DNA of 64,000 nucleotides from an uncultured delta proteobacterium (GCA_963803435.1 CAWDML010000001.1:2496001-2560000); one strand, 5' to 3'. Positions 44,438 through 54,469 are shown, counted from the stretch's first letter. Made by a program: numbers and translations. The notes: generated from the sequence alone by a model not told the origin.

Positions 44438-45238
44438 CTAGTGGAGGCCGGCGACGCGTCTCATCGCTGCGCGGATTCTCGACACTTCCCCACCCGTCCA
44501 GAGCGCGAGCGCGAGCGCCGCCTGCTCGACGAGCATGCCGCGGCCGTCGGCGGCGGGGAGCCCGGCAGCCCGCGCACCAAGGGCGAGCGGGCTCTCGGTC
44601 TCGAGATCGCCGTACGCCAGGTCGAGGACGTAGGGTCGCGACGGCTCGTCGATCCACGTGGAGAGGATCTTCTTCGCCAGGGTGCGCTCGCCCGGGAGCG
44701 CCGAGACGACCAGGGTCGCCCCCTTGATCCGTCCCAGCCCGTGCGCGTGGGCGCCGGTGGTCGCGACCTGCTCCGCGTTTCGTCGGGCGCAGACATGGAT
44801 CTCCGTCGCGCCCGCTCGTGAGGCCGCCCAGGCGGCCGCTCGGGCGGCGCCGCCTGCGCCCAGGATCTGCACCCGCGCCAGCTGACCGGCCGGCAGCGCC
44901 TCGAGGACGCGCATCAGGCCGGGGCCGTCGGTGTTGTCGCCCTGGATCCGGCCGTCGTCAGAGAACGTGAGCGTGTTGACCGCGCCGATCTCCTGCGCAG
45001 TGGTGGAGGCGTGCGCGGAGAGCGCGAGGGCCTCGTGCTTGTACGGGATGGTGACGTTGCACCCGATGGCGCCCAGCGTTCGGAGCGCGGCCACCGCGCC
45101 GTGGAAGCAATCGGTGTCGGGGCAGGACACCGGTACGTACGCGATCTCCAGGTGGCACGCGCTGGCGGCGGCGGCGTGGAGAAGCGGCGACAGCGAGCGT
45201 GAGACGTCCCGGCCGAGGACGGCGAGCAGACGCCTCAT
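44438..45238 (-). CDS. aroE: Shikimate dehydrogenase
   Basis: SLSP, NVTIPYK, GAVNT, GDNTDG, GAGGAARA, GMLVEQA. Confidence 0.93.
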   Translation of the reverse strand: MRRLLAVLGRDVSRSLSPLLHAAAASACHLEIAYVPVSCPDTDCFHGAVAALRTLGAIGCNVTIPYKHEALALSAHASTTAQEIGAVNTLTFSDDGRIQGDNTDGPGLMRVLEALPAGQLARVQILGAGGAARAAAWAASRAGATEIHVCARRNAEQVATTGAHAHGLGRIKGATLVVSALPGERTLAKKILSTWIDEPSRPYVLDLAYGDLETESPLALGARAAGLPAADGRGMLVEQAALALALWTGGEVSRIRAAMRRVAGLH

Positions 45239-46164
45239 GCGCGCGTCAGCGCCCTCCGGGCGTGCTCGACGTCGTGGGCCAGCTGGGCCTTGAGCGCGTC
45301 GACGCCGTCGAAGCGGCGCTCCTCGCGCAGGCGCGCGATCAGCTCGACGCGGACCGCCGCTCCATACAGATCACCCTCCCAGTCGAGCAGGTAGCTCTCG
45401 ACCGTGACGTGGCGACCGCTGAAGGTCGGGCGCCGGCCGATGTTGGTCACCGAATCGACCCGCCGATCGCCGAGGTCGACCCGGCTCGCGTAGACGCCGT
45501 GCTCCGGCAAGAGCTCGTGGTCCGGCTCGACGTTGGCGGTCGGAAACCCAATCGTGCGCCCGCGGCGGTCGCCCGGGACGACCTTGCCGGTGACGGCGAA
45601 GGGCCGGCCGAGCAAGAGGGCCGCGCCCTCCACGTTGCCCTCGAGCAGGAGCTCGCGCACCCGGGTGGAGGACACCACCGCGCCGTCGAGGACGACGGGC
45701 GCCACCACGTCCACGGTGAACCCGAGCCCAGCGCCGGCCGCGGTCAGGTGGTCCGGATTGCCGCCGCGACCCTTGCCGTAGCTGAAGTTGAAGCCCACCA
45801 CGACCGAGACCGGGCGCAGGCGATCGAAGAGGAACCGCTCGACCCACTCGTCCGCAGTGACCTCCGCGAAGGCCGCGTCGAAGGGCTCCACCACCACCGA
45901 ATCGATCCCGTACGCGCGAAGGAGGCGCACGCGCTCCTCCAGGGACGTCAGCGTCCGTGGCGCCATTTTGGGCGCGAGGATCTTCGCGGGGTGCGGATCG
46001 AACGTGTATGCGACCGCCGGGAGGGCACGGCGAGCGGCGGCGGCCGTCGTGCGTGCGATCAGCGCCTGGTGCCCGACGTGGACGCCGTCGAACGCGCCGA
46101 GGGTGACGACCGAGCCCGCCAGCGGTTCCGGTAGCGAGCGAGCGCCATGCACCACGTGCTCCAC
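45235..46164 (-). CDS. ribF: Riboflavin kinase/FAD synthetase
   Basis: GAFDGVHVGHQ, SSTRVR, GRTIGFPTAN, NIGRRPTF. Confidence 0.96.
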   Translation of the reverse strand: MEHVVHGARSLPEPLAGSVVTLGAFDGVHVGHQALIARTTAAAARRALPAVAYTFDPHPAKILAPKMAPRTLTSLEERVRLLRAYGIDSVVVEPFDAAFAEVTADEWVERFLFDRLRPVSVVVGFNFSYGKGRGGNPDHLTAAGAGLGFTVDVVAPVVLDGAVVSSTRVRELLLEGNVEGAALLLGRPFAVTGKVVPGDRRGRTIGFPTANVEPDHELLPEHGVYASRVDLGDRRVDSVTNIGRRPTFSGRHVTVESYLLDWEGDLYGAAVRVELIARLREERRFDGVDALKAQLAHDVEHARRALTRA

Positions 46165-46225
46165 CGGGGCGTATCAAAGGATGGCGCGCGCGAATCGGCA
46201 AGTCGATGTTGTAGAGTAGCCGCGC

Positions 46226-49200
46226 GTGCCGGGCACGATCGCCATCGGGTTGCTGGTCCTTCTGGCTGGTGCGAACCCGAGCTGGCCGGCGCCGGATCCC
46301 AACCTCGAGCCCGAGGCACTCTCGCGCCCCGGTGAGATGCCCGACGATCCTGAGTACCCGCCCGGAGCAGAGTGCACCGGACAGCTCGAGCTGTACTCGT
46401 TCACGCCGGCGTGCACACCCAATGTCGAGCATGCGGCCCTCGGCTCCGGCATCCACGCGGATCGTGCGTGGCTCCTGACCATCGGCCGGCCCGAGGTCAC
46501 CCTCGCCTTCGTGGGCGATGGCGCGGACTTCTCGGACCCGGATCTGATCGCGCGGTACCTGCTCAACCCGGGCGAGCTCCCGGCGCCCAGCACCAGCAGC
46601 ACGGCGCACGACGCCAACGGCGACGGCGCCTTCACGGTGCTCGACTACACCACCGCCACCGGTACGGTCCCGCCGACGATCGATCGCGTGAACGATCGGA
46701 CGTTGCTGGCCCGACCGGATCACGGCGATGCGAACGGCAACGGACTGCTCGACCCGGGCGACCTGATCGCGATCTTCTCGGACGGCGCCGACGACGACCT
46801 CGACGGCTATAGAGACGACATCGCCGGCTGGGACTTCCTCGATGACGACAACGATCCGAGCGATCCGTCGACGGCGGGAGCGAGCGAGGCCCGCCGCGCA
46901 GTGGCGGTCGCGAACAACGGGATCGGAGGTGCGGGCGTCTGTCCAGCATGCACGCTCCTTTCCTTGCGCGCCGGCAGCGGCGGGCTCGGCGAGGCCCACC
47001 GGATCGCCGTCGCGATCGCGTATGCGGTGGATCGAGGCGCGGCCGTGGTCGCGTCGTCGCTGGAGGCCCCCGATCACGACGAGTTCCTGGAGAGCGCCGC
47101 CGACTACGCGTTCGGGCGCGGGATCCCGCTGGTGGCCTCCTCCGGCGTCGGCAGCGCCGTCGCGCCCGCGATCGCCTGGCCGCCGGATCGGGTGCTCACC
47201 GCGGGCGGCCTTCGGTACGACCGGTCGGCGCTCAGAGACGCCACCACGGCGCTGGCCGCCGATCCCTGCGCGAGCTTCGGCCCGCGCCTCGACGTCTCTA
47301 CACCGACCCGCTGCGACACGGCCGGCGCCGGACTGGCGGCGGGCGTCCTCGGCTTGATGCGATCGGTCGAGCGCGGCGTCGCACGGCTCAACATCCCCGC
47401 GCTGGAGCGTCCCCTCGATGCGGCGGAGATGATGCTGATCGCCGCCGGCAACACCGACGACGCCTCCGGCCACGGATGGGATCAGCACACCGGCTTCGGG
47501 CGTCTCAACGCGCGGGCGGCGCTCGACGCCGTCATCCGGCGTCGCATCCCGGTGCCCGCCGAGCTGACGTCACCCGGATGGTTCGAGATCCTGGATCCCA
47601 CCGGGAAGGACACGCTCCCGGTGACCGGCGTGGTGATGAACCGGCGCTACGACCGCGCCACCTGGCAGCTCGCGTACGCGGTCGGGATCGATCCCGAAGA
47701 CGGTGAGTTCATCTCGCTCGGCACCGATACGGTGGCGAAGGACCAGGAGGGCACGATCAGCGGCGCCCTCCCGGCGCGCGGGCTGTTCGACGATCCGGCG
47801 GCACCTCCGGCGCGGGACGACGCCCTGGCGGTGACGATCCGTCTTCGTACCAGTGCGACCTCGGGCGGCGACGTGGTCACGGGCGAGATCAGACGGGTCG
47901 TGTTCGTCCAGCGCGACCTTCAGATCTTTCCCGCGTTCCCACTGGCGCTGCACGCGCGCCCCAGCTCACCGCGGATCACGGACCTCGACGGAGACGGCGC
48001 CACCGAGATCGCGATCGCGACCTCGCAAGGTACCTTGCATCTGATCGGTGTCCGCGGCGCAACCCGGCCGGGTTGGCCGCGGCGCGGGCCGGTGTGGTCC
48101 TTTCCAGCGTTGCACGGGGACGCCCCCGCCTTTCGGGACGGCGCGCTGGACTCTGGCGTGCGCGAGCCGTTCCTGGGCGCGGTGGCGGTGGCGCCCGGGG
48201 AGCTGGCGGCCGTCACCTCCGAGGGCTCGGTGCTCGCGCTCGATGCCGCCGGAGAGCTGCTGCCGGGCTTCCCGGTGCGGATCCCGCGCGGATCGCGCCC
48301 GATCGGGATCGCCGATGGCCCGGCGCTGGAGGACCTGGACGGCGACGGCGTGCTCGAGATCCTGATCCCGGACGGCGCGGGCGCGCTGCACGCCTTCACG
48401 GAGGGCGGCGGCGAGGTGACCGGCTTCCCCATCGACGTGGGTGAGCCCGTCGGTGCGCCCGCGATCGGCGATCTCGACGGCGACGCGCGCCCCGAGGTGG
48501 TGTTCGCGAGCGACGCGCAGCTGTTCGTCTTCCACTCGGACGGCTCGGCCCTCGAAGGCTGGCCGATCGCGATCGCCGACGGTCCGGCCGGGCCCCGCCC
48601 GCCCGCGCCGGTGCTGGCGGACACCGACGGCGACGGACGGCTCGAGATCGTGCTGGCCGCCCTGGGCCGCCCGCTCGCCGTGTTCAGGTCGGACGGAGAG
48701 GCGCTCGTGACGGCGGTGGCTGCCAGAGCGTTCGGACCCGGCTCGGACGTGTCGCTGACCGGCGCCCCGATCGTCGCCGCCGGTGAGCCGTCGATCGCGG
48801 ACCTCGACGGTGACGGGGGGCCGGACGCGTTCCTCTTCGCGCTGCCCGAGAACGACCTGGCCGGTCCGTCCCCCGGGGACGAGATCGAGCGCCTGGCCGG
48901 TGTCTGGTCCCTGCGCTCGGGCGGGTTCCTCGCGGCCTATCCCCGGCGCACGCATGATCCTTCCCGGACCTCGGCGGTCGCCGCCGACGTCGACGGCGAT
49001 CACCGCCCGGAGCTGATCACCGGCGACGGCCGCTACCGGCTCGCGGCCTTCTCGGTGAACGGACGCAGCCCGCCGCTGTGGCCCAAGCTGACGGGCGGGA
49101 CGGCGGACGGATCGCCGGCCGCGGGCGATCTCGACGGCGACGGCAACCTCGATCTGGCGGCGGCCACCCGTGAGGGGGCGCTGTTCGCCTGGCGCACACA

Positions 49201-49414
49201 GAGCGCGGTGGACGGCGTGGTCTGGGAGAGCGTCGGACACGACAACCGCGCCACGCGAAACGCCGCGACCTCCCTGTCCGTCCATTCGGCGCCCGCGCCC
49301 GGCCATGGATGCCGGTGCAGCGCCCGCGCCGAAGGCCGCAGCCCGCCCCTCGCCGGGCTGCTGCTGCTCGCGTGGGTGCGATTCGCGCAACGCAGACGGC
49401 GGCGAACCCGATAA
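46226..49414 (+). CDS. Secreted S8 subtilase-like protein (degenerate triad) with FG-GAP repeats and MYXO-CTERM tail
   Basis: S8 scaffold (AW..TIGRPEVTLA, DDDLDGYRDDIAGWDF, NNGIGGAGVCP, TGFGRLNA); many DLDGDG repeats; GCRC + hydrophobic + RRRR tail. Confidence 0.82.
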   Translation: MPGTIAIGLLVLLAGANPSWPAPDPNLEPEALSRPGEMPDDPEYPPGAECTGQLELYSFTPACTPNVEHAALGSGIHADRAWLLTIGRPEVTLAFVGDGADFSDPDLIARYLLNPGELPAPSTSSTAHDANGDGAFTVLDYTTATGTVPPTIDRVNDRTLLARPDHGDANGNGLLDPGDLIAIFSDGADDDLDGYRDDIAGWDFLDDDNDPSDPSTAGASEARRAVAVANNGIGGAGVCPACTLLSLRAGSGGLGEAHRIAVAIAYAVDRGAAVVASSLEAPDHDEFLESAADYAFGRGIPLVASSGVGSAVAPAIAWPPDRVLTAGGLRYDRSALRDATTALAADPCASFGPRLDVSTPTRCDTAGAGLAAGVLGLMRSVERGVARLNIPALERPLDAAEMMLIAAGNTDDASGHGWDQHTGFGRLNARAALDAVIRRRIPVPAELTSPGWFEILDPTGKDTLPVTGVVMNRRYDRATWQLAYAVGIDPEDGEFISLGTDTVAKDQEGTISGALPARGLFDDPAAPPARDDALAVTIRLRTSATSGGDVVTGEIRRVVFVQRDLQIFPAFPLALHARPSSPRITDLDGDGATEIAIATSQGTLHLIGVRGATRPGWPRRGPVWSFPALHGDAPAFRDGALDSGVREPFLGAVAVAPGELAAVTSEGSVLALDAAGELLPGFPVRIPRGSRPIGIADGPALEDLDGDGVLEILIPDGAGALHAFTEGGGEVTGFPIDVGEPVGAPAIGDLDGDARPEVVFASDAQLFVFHSDGSALEGWPIAIADGPAGPRPPAPVLADTDGDGRLEIVLAALGRPLAVFRSDGEALVTAVAARAFGPGSDVSLTGAPIVAAGEPSIADLDGDGGPDAFLFALPENDLAGPSPGDEIERLAGVWSLRSGGFLAAYPRRTHDPSRTSAVAADVDGDHRPELITGDGRYRLAAFSVNGRSPPLWPKLTGGTADGSPAAGDLDGDGNLDLAAATREGALFAWRTQSAVDGVVWESVGHDNRATRNAATSLSVHSAPAPGHGCRCSARAEGRSPPLAGLLLLAWVRFAQRRRRRTR

Positions 49415-49508
49415 TCTCACCGGCGAATCTGCACCTCCGTGCACCCGCCCGGTTGCAGCTGCACAGCAGGCTCGGGCACGCAGGGCTCGGATCCGAGCCA
49501 CGGGCGGG

Positions 49509-49525
49509 CTGGCACGGCGCTTGGA
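49509..49525 (+). promoter_or_regulatory. Candidate sigma54 promoter
   Basis: CTGGCACGGCGCTTGGA: perfect -24 element, TTGG instead of TTGC at -12; repeated TGCA boxes at 49430-49464. Confidence 0.5.
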
Positions 49526-49534
49526 TTGTCCGAG

Positions 49535-49689
49535 GTCGTTCGGGCGTCACCCCCAAGGTCATCCCACAAGGCCAGGAAGGCGAGATGAGGGAGGACAGGG
49601 GCGGATCGAGCTCGAACCTCTCTTTGGGAACGACGGTCCAGGAGCCTGTCCGTCAGCAAAGGATGCTGACGGGCAGGTCTCGTCCTTTT
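49535..49689 (+). ncRNA. Candidate GGA-rich small RNA
   Basis: Downstream of the sigma54-like box; 7 GGA in 49575-49663; GTCGTTC/GAACGAC complementarity; ends in a 14-bp hairpin. Confidence 0.35.
49645..49689. terminator. Strong hairpin between convergent units (possibly bidirectional terminator)
   Basis: CCTGTCCGTCAGCA-AAGGA-TGCTGACGGGCAGG followed by TCTCGTCCTTTT; immediately after the atpE stop on the minus strand. Confidence 0.7.
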
Positions 49690-49690
49690 C

Positions 49691-50029
49691 TCAGCCGACC
49701 ATCTTTCCGATGTAGCTCTGCAGCAGGTACGCGATCACCATCGCGAAGAGCACCAGCGACTCGGTCATCGCCAGTGCGATGATCATCGGCGTCTGAACCT
49801 TCGGGGCGGCCTGTGGGTTGCGCGCCATGCCCTCGAGGGCGGCCGCTGCGGTGCGGCCTTGGCTGAGCGCACCGCCGAACGTGCCGGCGCCCATGCAGAT
49901 GCCCGCCGCCAGGGCGACCAACCCCAGCTTGTTCGGCGCGCCCGGCGCGTCCGCGCCCTGCGCGAAGGCAGGGAGCGCGAGCAGCATCAGGGTGAGGGTG
50001 CTGAAAGTCGTGATCAGGTATTTCTTCAT
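49691..50029 (-). CDS. atpE: ATP synthase Fo subunit c with N-terminal signal-like extension
   Basis: GxGxxGG helix, EGMARNP loop, ALAMTESL carrying the ion-binding Glu. Confidence 0.96.
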   Translation of the reverse strand: MKKYLITTFSTLTLMLLALPAFAQGADAPGAPNKLGLVALAAGICMGAGTFGGALSQGRTAAAALEGMARNPQAAPKVQTPMIIALAMTESLVLFAMVIAYLLQSYIGKMVG

Positions 50030-50134
50030 TTCTCTTAACCTCCGAGCCACCGCCGCCGACCCGGATGCGCCCTCTTCTCTCTCTCTACCATCCCACCATG
50101 CGCGAGGACCTGCGGCCGTTCTTCTCGTTTCTTG

Positions 50135-50959
50135 TCAGTGAGCGTGTGCCGGTTCCTCCCCGTGGTGCGCGTGCGCTTCGGCGTGCGCCTGGAGATGGTG
50201 CTCGATGTTGGCCTCGACCTCGCCGATGTAGACGCACGACAGCAAGATGAAGATGAACGTCTGTACGACCGCGACGAAGAGACCGAGCGCGACGAAGGGG
50301 AGCGGGACGAGGAACGGGAAGAGCCCCACGAACACGCCGAGCACCAGGTGGTCGCCGGCGATGTTGCACATGAGTCGGATCGACAGGCTGACGGGCCGGA
50401 CGCAGTGCGAGATCACCTCGACGGGGAAGAAGAGCGGCGCCATGAACCAGCCCCACCAGGCGCCGACCGGGTTCGCCATGTGCGCGAGGTGGCCCAGCCC
50501 GAGCTTCCTGAACGCGTAGAAGTTGTAGTACGTGAACGAGATCGTCCCGCAGGCGAAGGTGGTGTTGAAGTTCTCCGTGGGCGGCAGGAACCCCGGGATC
50601 AGGCCCAGAAGGTTGGAGAACAGGATGAAGAACGCCAGGGTCCCGATGATCCAGAAGTGACGGATCGCGGCCTGCCGGCTCATCGTGAACTGCATGAGGT
50701 TGAGGAGCGTCTCCATGATCAGCTCGACAACGTTGCGCGCGGTCAGCTTCTCGTCCGGCAGGATGTCCTTGGCACGTCGGAGCCCACGGCGGGCCGCCAG
50801 CGCCAGGCCGCCCATCAGCAGGATGACCAGCAGCATCGCGGCCAGGTGCTGGACATGGACGGGCTCGTAGAACAACCAGCCCGGCCCGAGGCGATCGACC
50901 CAGCGCTCGAGCGCGTGGTAGCCGGGAAAGAAGCTGAGCCAGGATTGATGCTCTGGCAT
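50135..50959 (-). CDS. atpB: ATP synthase Fo subunit a
   Basis: NLLGLIPGFLPPT, RPVSLSIRLMCNI, VQTFIFILL..YI. Confidence 0.96.
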   Translation of the reverse strand: MPEHQSWLSFFPGYHALERWVDRLGPGWLFYEPVHVQHLAAMLLVILLMGGLALAARRGLRRAKDILPDEKLTARNVVELIMETLLNLMQFTMSRQAAIRHFWIIGTLAFFILFSNLLGLIPGFLPPTENFNTTFACGTISFTYYNFYAFRKLGLGHLAHMANPVGAWWGWFMAPLFFPVEVISHCVRPVSLSIRLMCNIAGDHLVLGVFVGLFPFLVPLPFVALGLFVAVVQTFIFILLSCVYIGEVEANIEHHLQAHAEAHAHHGEEPAHAH

Positions 50960-50971
50960 GCGCCGAGGCGT

Positions 50972-51418
50972 CTAGCGCGTTTGAGGGCCGCTGTCTTCCA
51001 TTTCCTTGGCGATCAGGGCCTCCGCTCGGGCGATGGCGTCCTGCCCGGCCTTCGAGGCCGAGCCGCGGCTCGCGCCGACCACGGTGGCGACCAGGCCTAC
51101 CCCGATCCCCAGCACCAGGCCCAGCCCGGAGACGCCGTATCGATCGACGGCCACCCACAGGAGAGCCCCGACCACCGTCAGCTTCAGCACCAGGACGACG
51201 GTCATGACGACCTTGCGCGCCGCCGGCCGACCCGGCCTCATCAGGTCGCCGACCAGGTAGATCATGCCGCTGGCGTCGCCGATCGAGAGCATCGCTCCGA
51301 TCAGGGTCCCGACGGCGACCTCGAAGCCTAAGAGCAGCCACGTGAGGGCGAACGCGGACGAGACGACAATCAGCGCCACCTTGAGGACGTGCCGGAGAAT
51401 CACCTGGGTGAGCGTCAT
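50972..51418 (-). CDS. atpI: ATP synthase protein I
   Basis: Four TM segments with LVLKL motif, directly upstream of atpB. Confidence 0.75.
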   Translation of the reverse strand: MTLTQVILRHVLKVALIVVSSAFALTWLLLGFEVAVGTLIGAMLSIGDASGMIYLVGDLMRPGRPAARKVVMTVVLVLKLTVVGALLWVAVDRYGVSGLGLVLGIGVGLVATVVGASRGSASKAGQDAIARAEALIAKEMEDSGPQTR

Positions 51419-51642
51419 TCTTGCTCCAGCGCCTTCGCCGTCTTGAGGACGATCATCAGGCCGAGCGCGGACCCGATCGCGACGCCGAGGAACAAGAGCC
51501 AAGGGGACGTGCCGAGCTTCTCGTCCGCCCACCGGCCCCCGAGCAGCCCCGCGATGACCGCCACGCCGATCTCGATCCCGATCGAGCTCGCCCGCGCGAT
51601 CCCGCCCCGGTCCTGATCCGCGCCTCGGTTCCGACGGCCCAC
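51415..51642 (-). CDS. atpZ: AtpZ/AtpI (gene 1) family protein
   Basis: SSIGIEIGVAV..GRWADEKLGTSPWLL..G; start uncertain. Confidence 0.8.
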   Translation of the reverse strand: MGRRNRGADQDRGGIARASSIGIEIGVAVIAGLLGGRWADEKLGTSPWLLFLGVAIGSALGLMIVLKTAKALEQE

Positions 51643-51676
51643 GTCGAGCTTGGTTCGCGCCCTCGGACCGACCTGG

Positions 51677-52399
51677 TCAAGCCCCGAGCGCGCCCGCCCA
51701 CGAGAGCAGGATCGCCAGGGCTGCCGGGCCCGCGGTCTCGGTGCGGAGCGTCCGCGCCCCCAGGTCGCAGTCGAGAAAGCCGGCTCCCGACGCCGACGCA
51801 ACCTCTTCGTCGGAGAGGCCGCCCTCCGGGCCAATCAGGAGCTCGGCGTCGTCGGTGAGCGGATTCGCACCGGCGAGGCGCTGGCGCAGGGAGCGAGGGG
51901 CGCCGAGCGCCAGGACCAGCGGGAGCGTGGCGCGCGCCCCCGCGAGGATCGCGTCGAGGGGCGTCACCGGCGCGATCTCGGTCCGGTGGAAGCCTCCGGC
52001 CACCCGCAGCGCGTCGTCCGCGATGGCGCGCCAGCGATCGAGACGCCCCGCGCGCTCGGCCACGGTCCGCTCGGTGAGCACCGGGACGATCCGCGCCGCG
52101 CCCAGCTCGGAGGCCTGCCGGATCACCGACTCCATCTTGTCGCGCTTTCCCACCGCCTGGATCAGGGTGACGCGGAGGTGATCGCACGGCTCGAACAGGG
52201 GTGCCTCCACCTCGACCTCGACGCGCTTCTTGTCGATGACCGCGATCCGCGCGGGCGCGTGCACCCCCGCGCCGTCGACGAGGCGAAGCGGCTCGCCGGT
52301 GGCCGCGCGCAGCACCTCACGGACGTAGTGCGCGCCCGCGTCGTCGAGCAGGGCTCGGCCCGCCATGACCGAGCCCGCCGGCACGACCAGCCTCCGCAT
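51677..52399 (-). CDS. rsmE: 16S rRNA m3U1498 methyltransferase
   Basis: HYVREVLR, ELGAARIVP, LIGPEGGL, LGARTLRTETA. Confidence 0.94.
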   Translation of the reverse strand: MRRLVVPAGSVMAGRALLDDAGAHYVREVLRAATGEPLRLVDGAGVHAPARIAVIDKKRVEVEVEAPLFEPCDHLRVTLIQAVGKRDKMESVIRQASELGAARIVPVLTERTVAERAGRLDRWRAIADDALRVAGGFHRTEIAPVTPLDAILAGARATLPLVLALGAPRSLRQRLAGANPLTDDAELLIGPEGGLSDEEVASASGAGFLDCDLGARTLRTETAGPAALAILLSWAGALGA

Positions 52400-53161
52400 T
52401 CAGCGGAAGCTAGGCGTGAATCGGTCGAGCGTCCAGCGGGTGATCGCCGGGAAGTGGCGCGCGAGCGCGTTGGCGTGGGGATAGATGACCCGGCGGCGGC
52501 CCTTGTCCACGGCGCGCACCACGCGCACCGCCACGCCGGCGGCGGTACCCACCGGCTGCATCGCCAGCGCCTTGTTGTGCGCGTACTTCTGCAAGCTGCG
52601 TTGCGCAAGGTCGGTCTCGGCGATGATGCCGGGGTAGACGGTGACCACCCGGATCGGCGTCCTGCGCAGCTCGCCGCCGAGCGCCTCGGAGGCAGCGGCG
52701 ATGCCGGCCTTGGAGGCGTTGTAGTAGAACATGCCGGGCGTGGGTGCGAGCGCGGCCATCGACGCGATGTTGACGATCGCGCCCTCGCCGCGGGCGAGCA
52801 TCCGCGGCAAGAGCGTGCGGATGATCCTCATCGGCGCGGTCAGGTTGACGGTCAGCGCCGCCTCGCAGAACGCGAGGTCGGCCTCGGCGGTGGGTGAGAC
52901 CGGCTGGATCCCGGCGTTGTTGACCAGCACGTCGATCGGTCCGAGCCGCGCCTCGGCCTCGTCGATCCAGTCGGCGGCCGTCTCGATCCGGGAGAGGTCG
53001 CGGACCACGACCTGGGTCTCGACGTCGAGCTCGGCGGCCAGCGCCTTCAGCAGGTCCTCCCGCCGGGCGATCAGGGTGAGGTTCGCCCCGCGCGCGGCGA
53101 AGGCCCGGGCGAGGGCGGCCCCGATCCCGGCGGAGGCTCCGGTGACCACGACGTGCTTCAT
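52400..53161 (-). CDS. Short-chain dehydrogenase/reductase
   Basis: TGASAGIG, NNAG, YNASK. Confidence 0.93.
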   Translation of the reverse strand: MKHVVVTGASAGIGAALARAFAARGANLTLIARREDLLKALAAELDVETQVVVRDLSRIETAADWIDEAEARLGPIDVLVNNAGIQPVSPTAEADLAFCEAALTVNLTAPMRIIRTLLPRMLARGEGAIVNIASMAALAPTPGMFYYNASKAGIAAASEALGGELRRTPIRVVTVYPGIIAETDLAQRSLQKYAHNKALAMQPVGTAAGVAVRVVRAVDKGRRRVIYPHANALARHFPAITRWTLDRFTPSFR

Positions 53162-53224
53162 CTGAGGAGGCTTACGCCTCGAGGCGGCGAACTTACCCCG
53201 CTCAGCGCGGATTGCTGCGGACGA

Positions 53225-54432
53225 TCACGCGGTGCGCCTTGAGGCGGAGCGCGTTGATGTGGATGAACCCGGCCGAATCCGTCTGGTCGAAGCCGCCTGC
53301 GATGTCCATGCTGGACAGGTTCTTGTCGTACAGGGAGCTCGGGGAGGTGCGGCCGAGGGGCGGCGTTGCCCTTGTAGAGCGACAGGCGCACGGTGCCGTC
53401 GATCAGCTCTGCGCTCTTGTCGAGGGCCGCCGTGAGCGAAATCCATCTCCGGGCTGAACCAGAAGCCGTTGTAGATGATGGCCGAGTATTCGGGCGCCAG
53501 CATGTCGCGGAGGCGCTGGACCTCCTTGTCCATGGCGATGCCTTCGAGGTCGCGGAGAGCCGTGGTGGATGATGGTGCCCCCGGGCGTCTCGTAGATCCC
53601 GCGCGACTTGATGCCGACGAAGCGGTTCTCGACGATGTCGATCCGTCCTACGCCGTTCTTCCGCCCTGACTGGTTGAGGTACGTGAACAGCTCCAGCGGA
53701 TCGTTCTCCTTCTTGCCGTCATCGAGGTTGCGGACCCGATGGGGCCCGTCCTTGAAGTCGATCTCGAGGATCGTCTCCCTATCCGGAGCGTCCTTGGGGT
53801 CGACGCAGACGGTGAAGATGTCCTTGCCCGGACGTCCATCGGATCTTCGAGGATCCCCGACTCGTAGCTCTTATGCATGAGGTTCTCGTCGGTGCTGAAC
53901 GGCTTCTCGAGCGTGACCGGGACGTCGATGCCGTGCTGCTTGGCGAACGCGAATCAGATCGCTGCGCCCGGAGAACTTGGCGAGGAACTCGCGGATTCTT
54001 CCAGGGCGCCATCACCTTGATGGAGGGAGAGAGCGCGGCGTAGGCCAGCTCGAAGCGGACCTGATCGTTCCCCTTGCCGGTGGCGCCGTGCGACACCCAA
54101 CCCGCGTCCTCCTGGCGCGCGATCTCGATCTGGTGCTTGGCGATGAGCGGCCGCGCCAGGGAGGTGCCGAGGAGATAGCGGCCCTCGTAGATGGCGCGCC
54201 CGCGCAGGGCCGGGAAGATGTAGTCGGTGACGAACTCGCGCTTGAGATCGAGGACGTGCACGCCGTCGGCGCCGGTCTTCAACGCGCGGCGCTTCACGTC
54301 CTCGAAGTCGTCCTCCTGGCCGACATCCGCGATGTACGCGATGACGCGGAGGCCTTTGACCTTGAGCCACTTGAGGATGCAGCTGGTGTCGAGCCCGCCC
54401 GAGTAGGCGAGGACCACGGTATCGTCACGCAT
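53225..54432 (-). CDS. argG: Argininosuccinate synthase (several frameshifts)
   Basis: [55 protein letters not shown] spread over different frames. Confidence 0.94.
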
Positions 54433-54469
54433 GCCGCCCGCGTAACACCGGGCGCAGGGCTTGGCTACC

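Noticed and set aside
49585-49782. Small plus-strand ORF (MREDRGG..) with an AGGAAGG upstream
   Set aside because: It runs through the strong hairpin and antisense into atpE, with no protein-like features.
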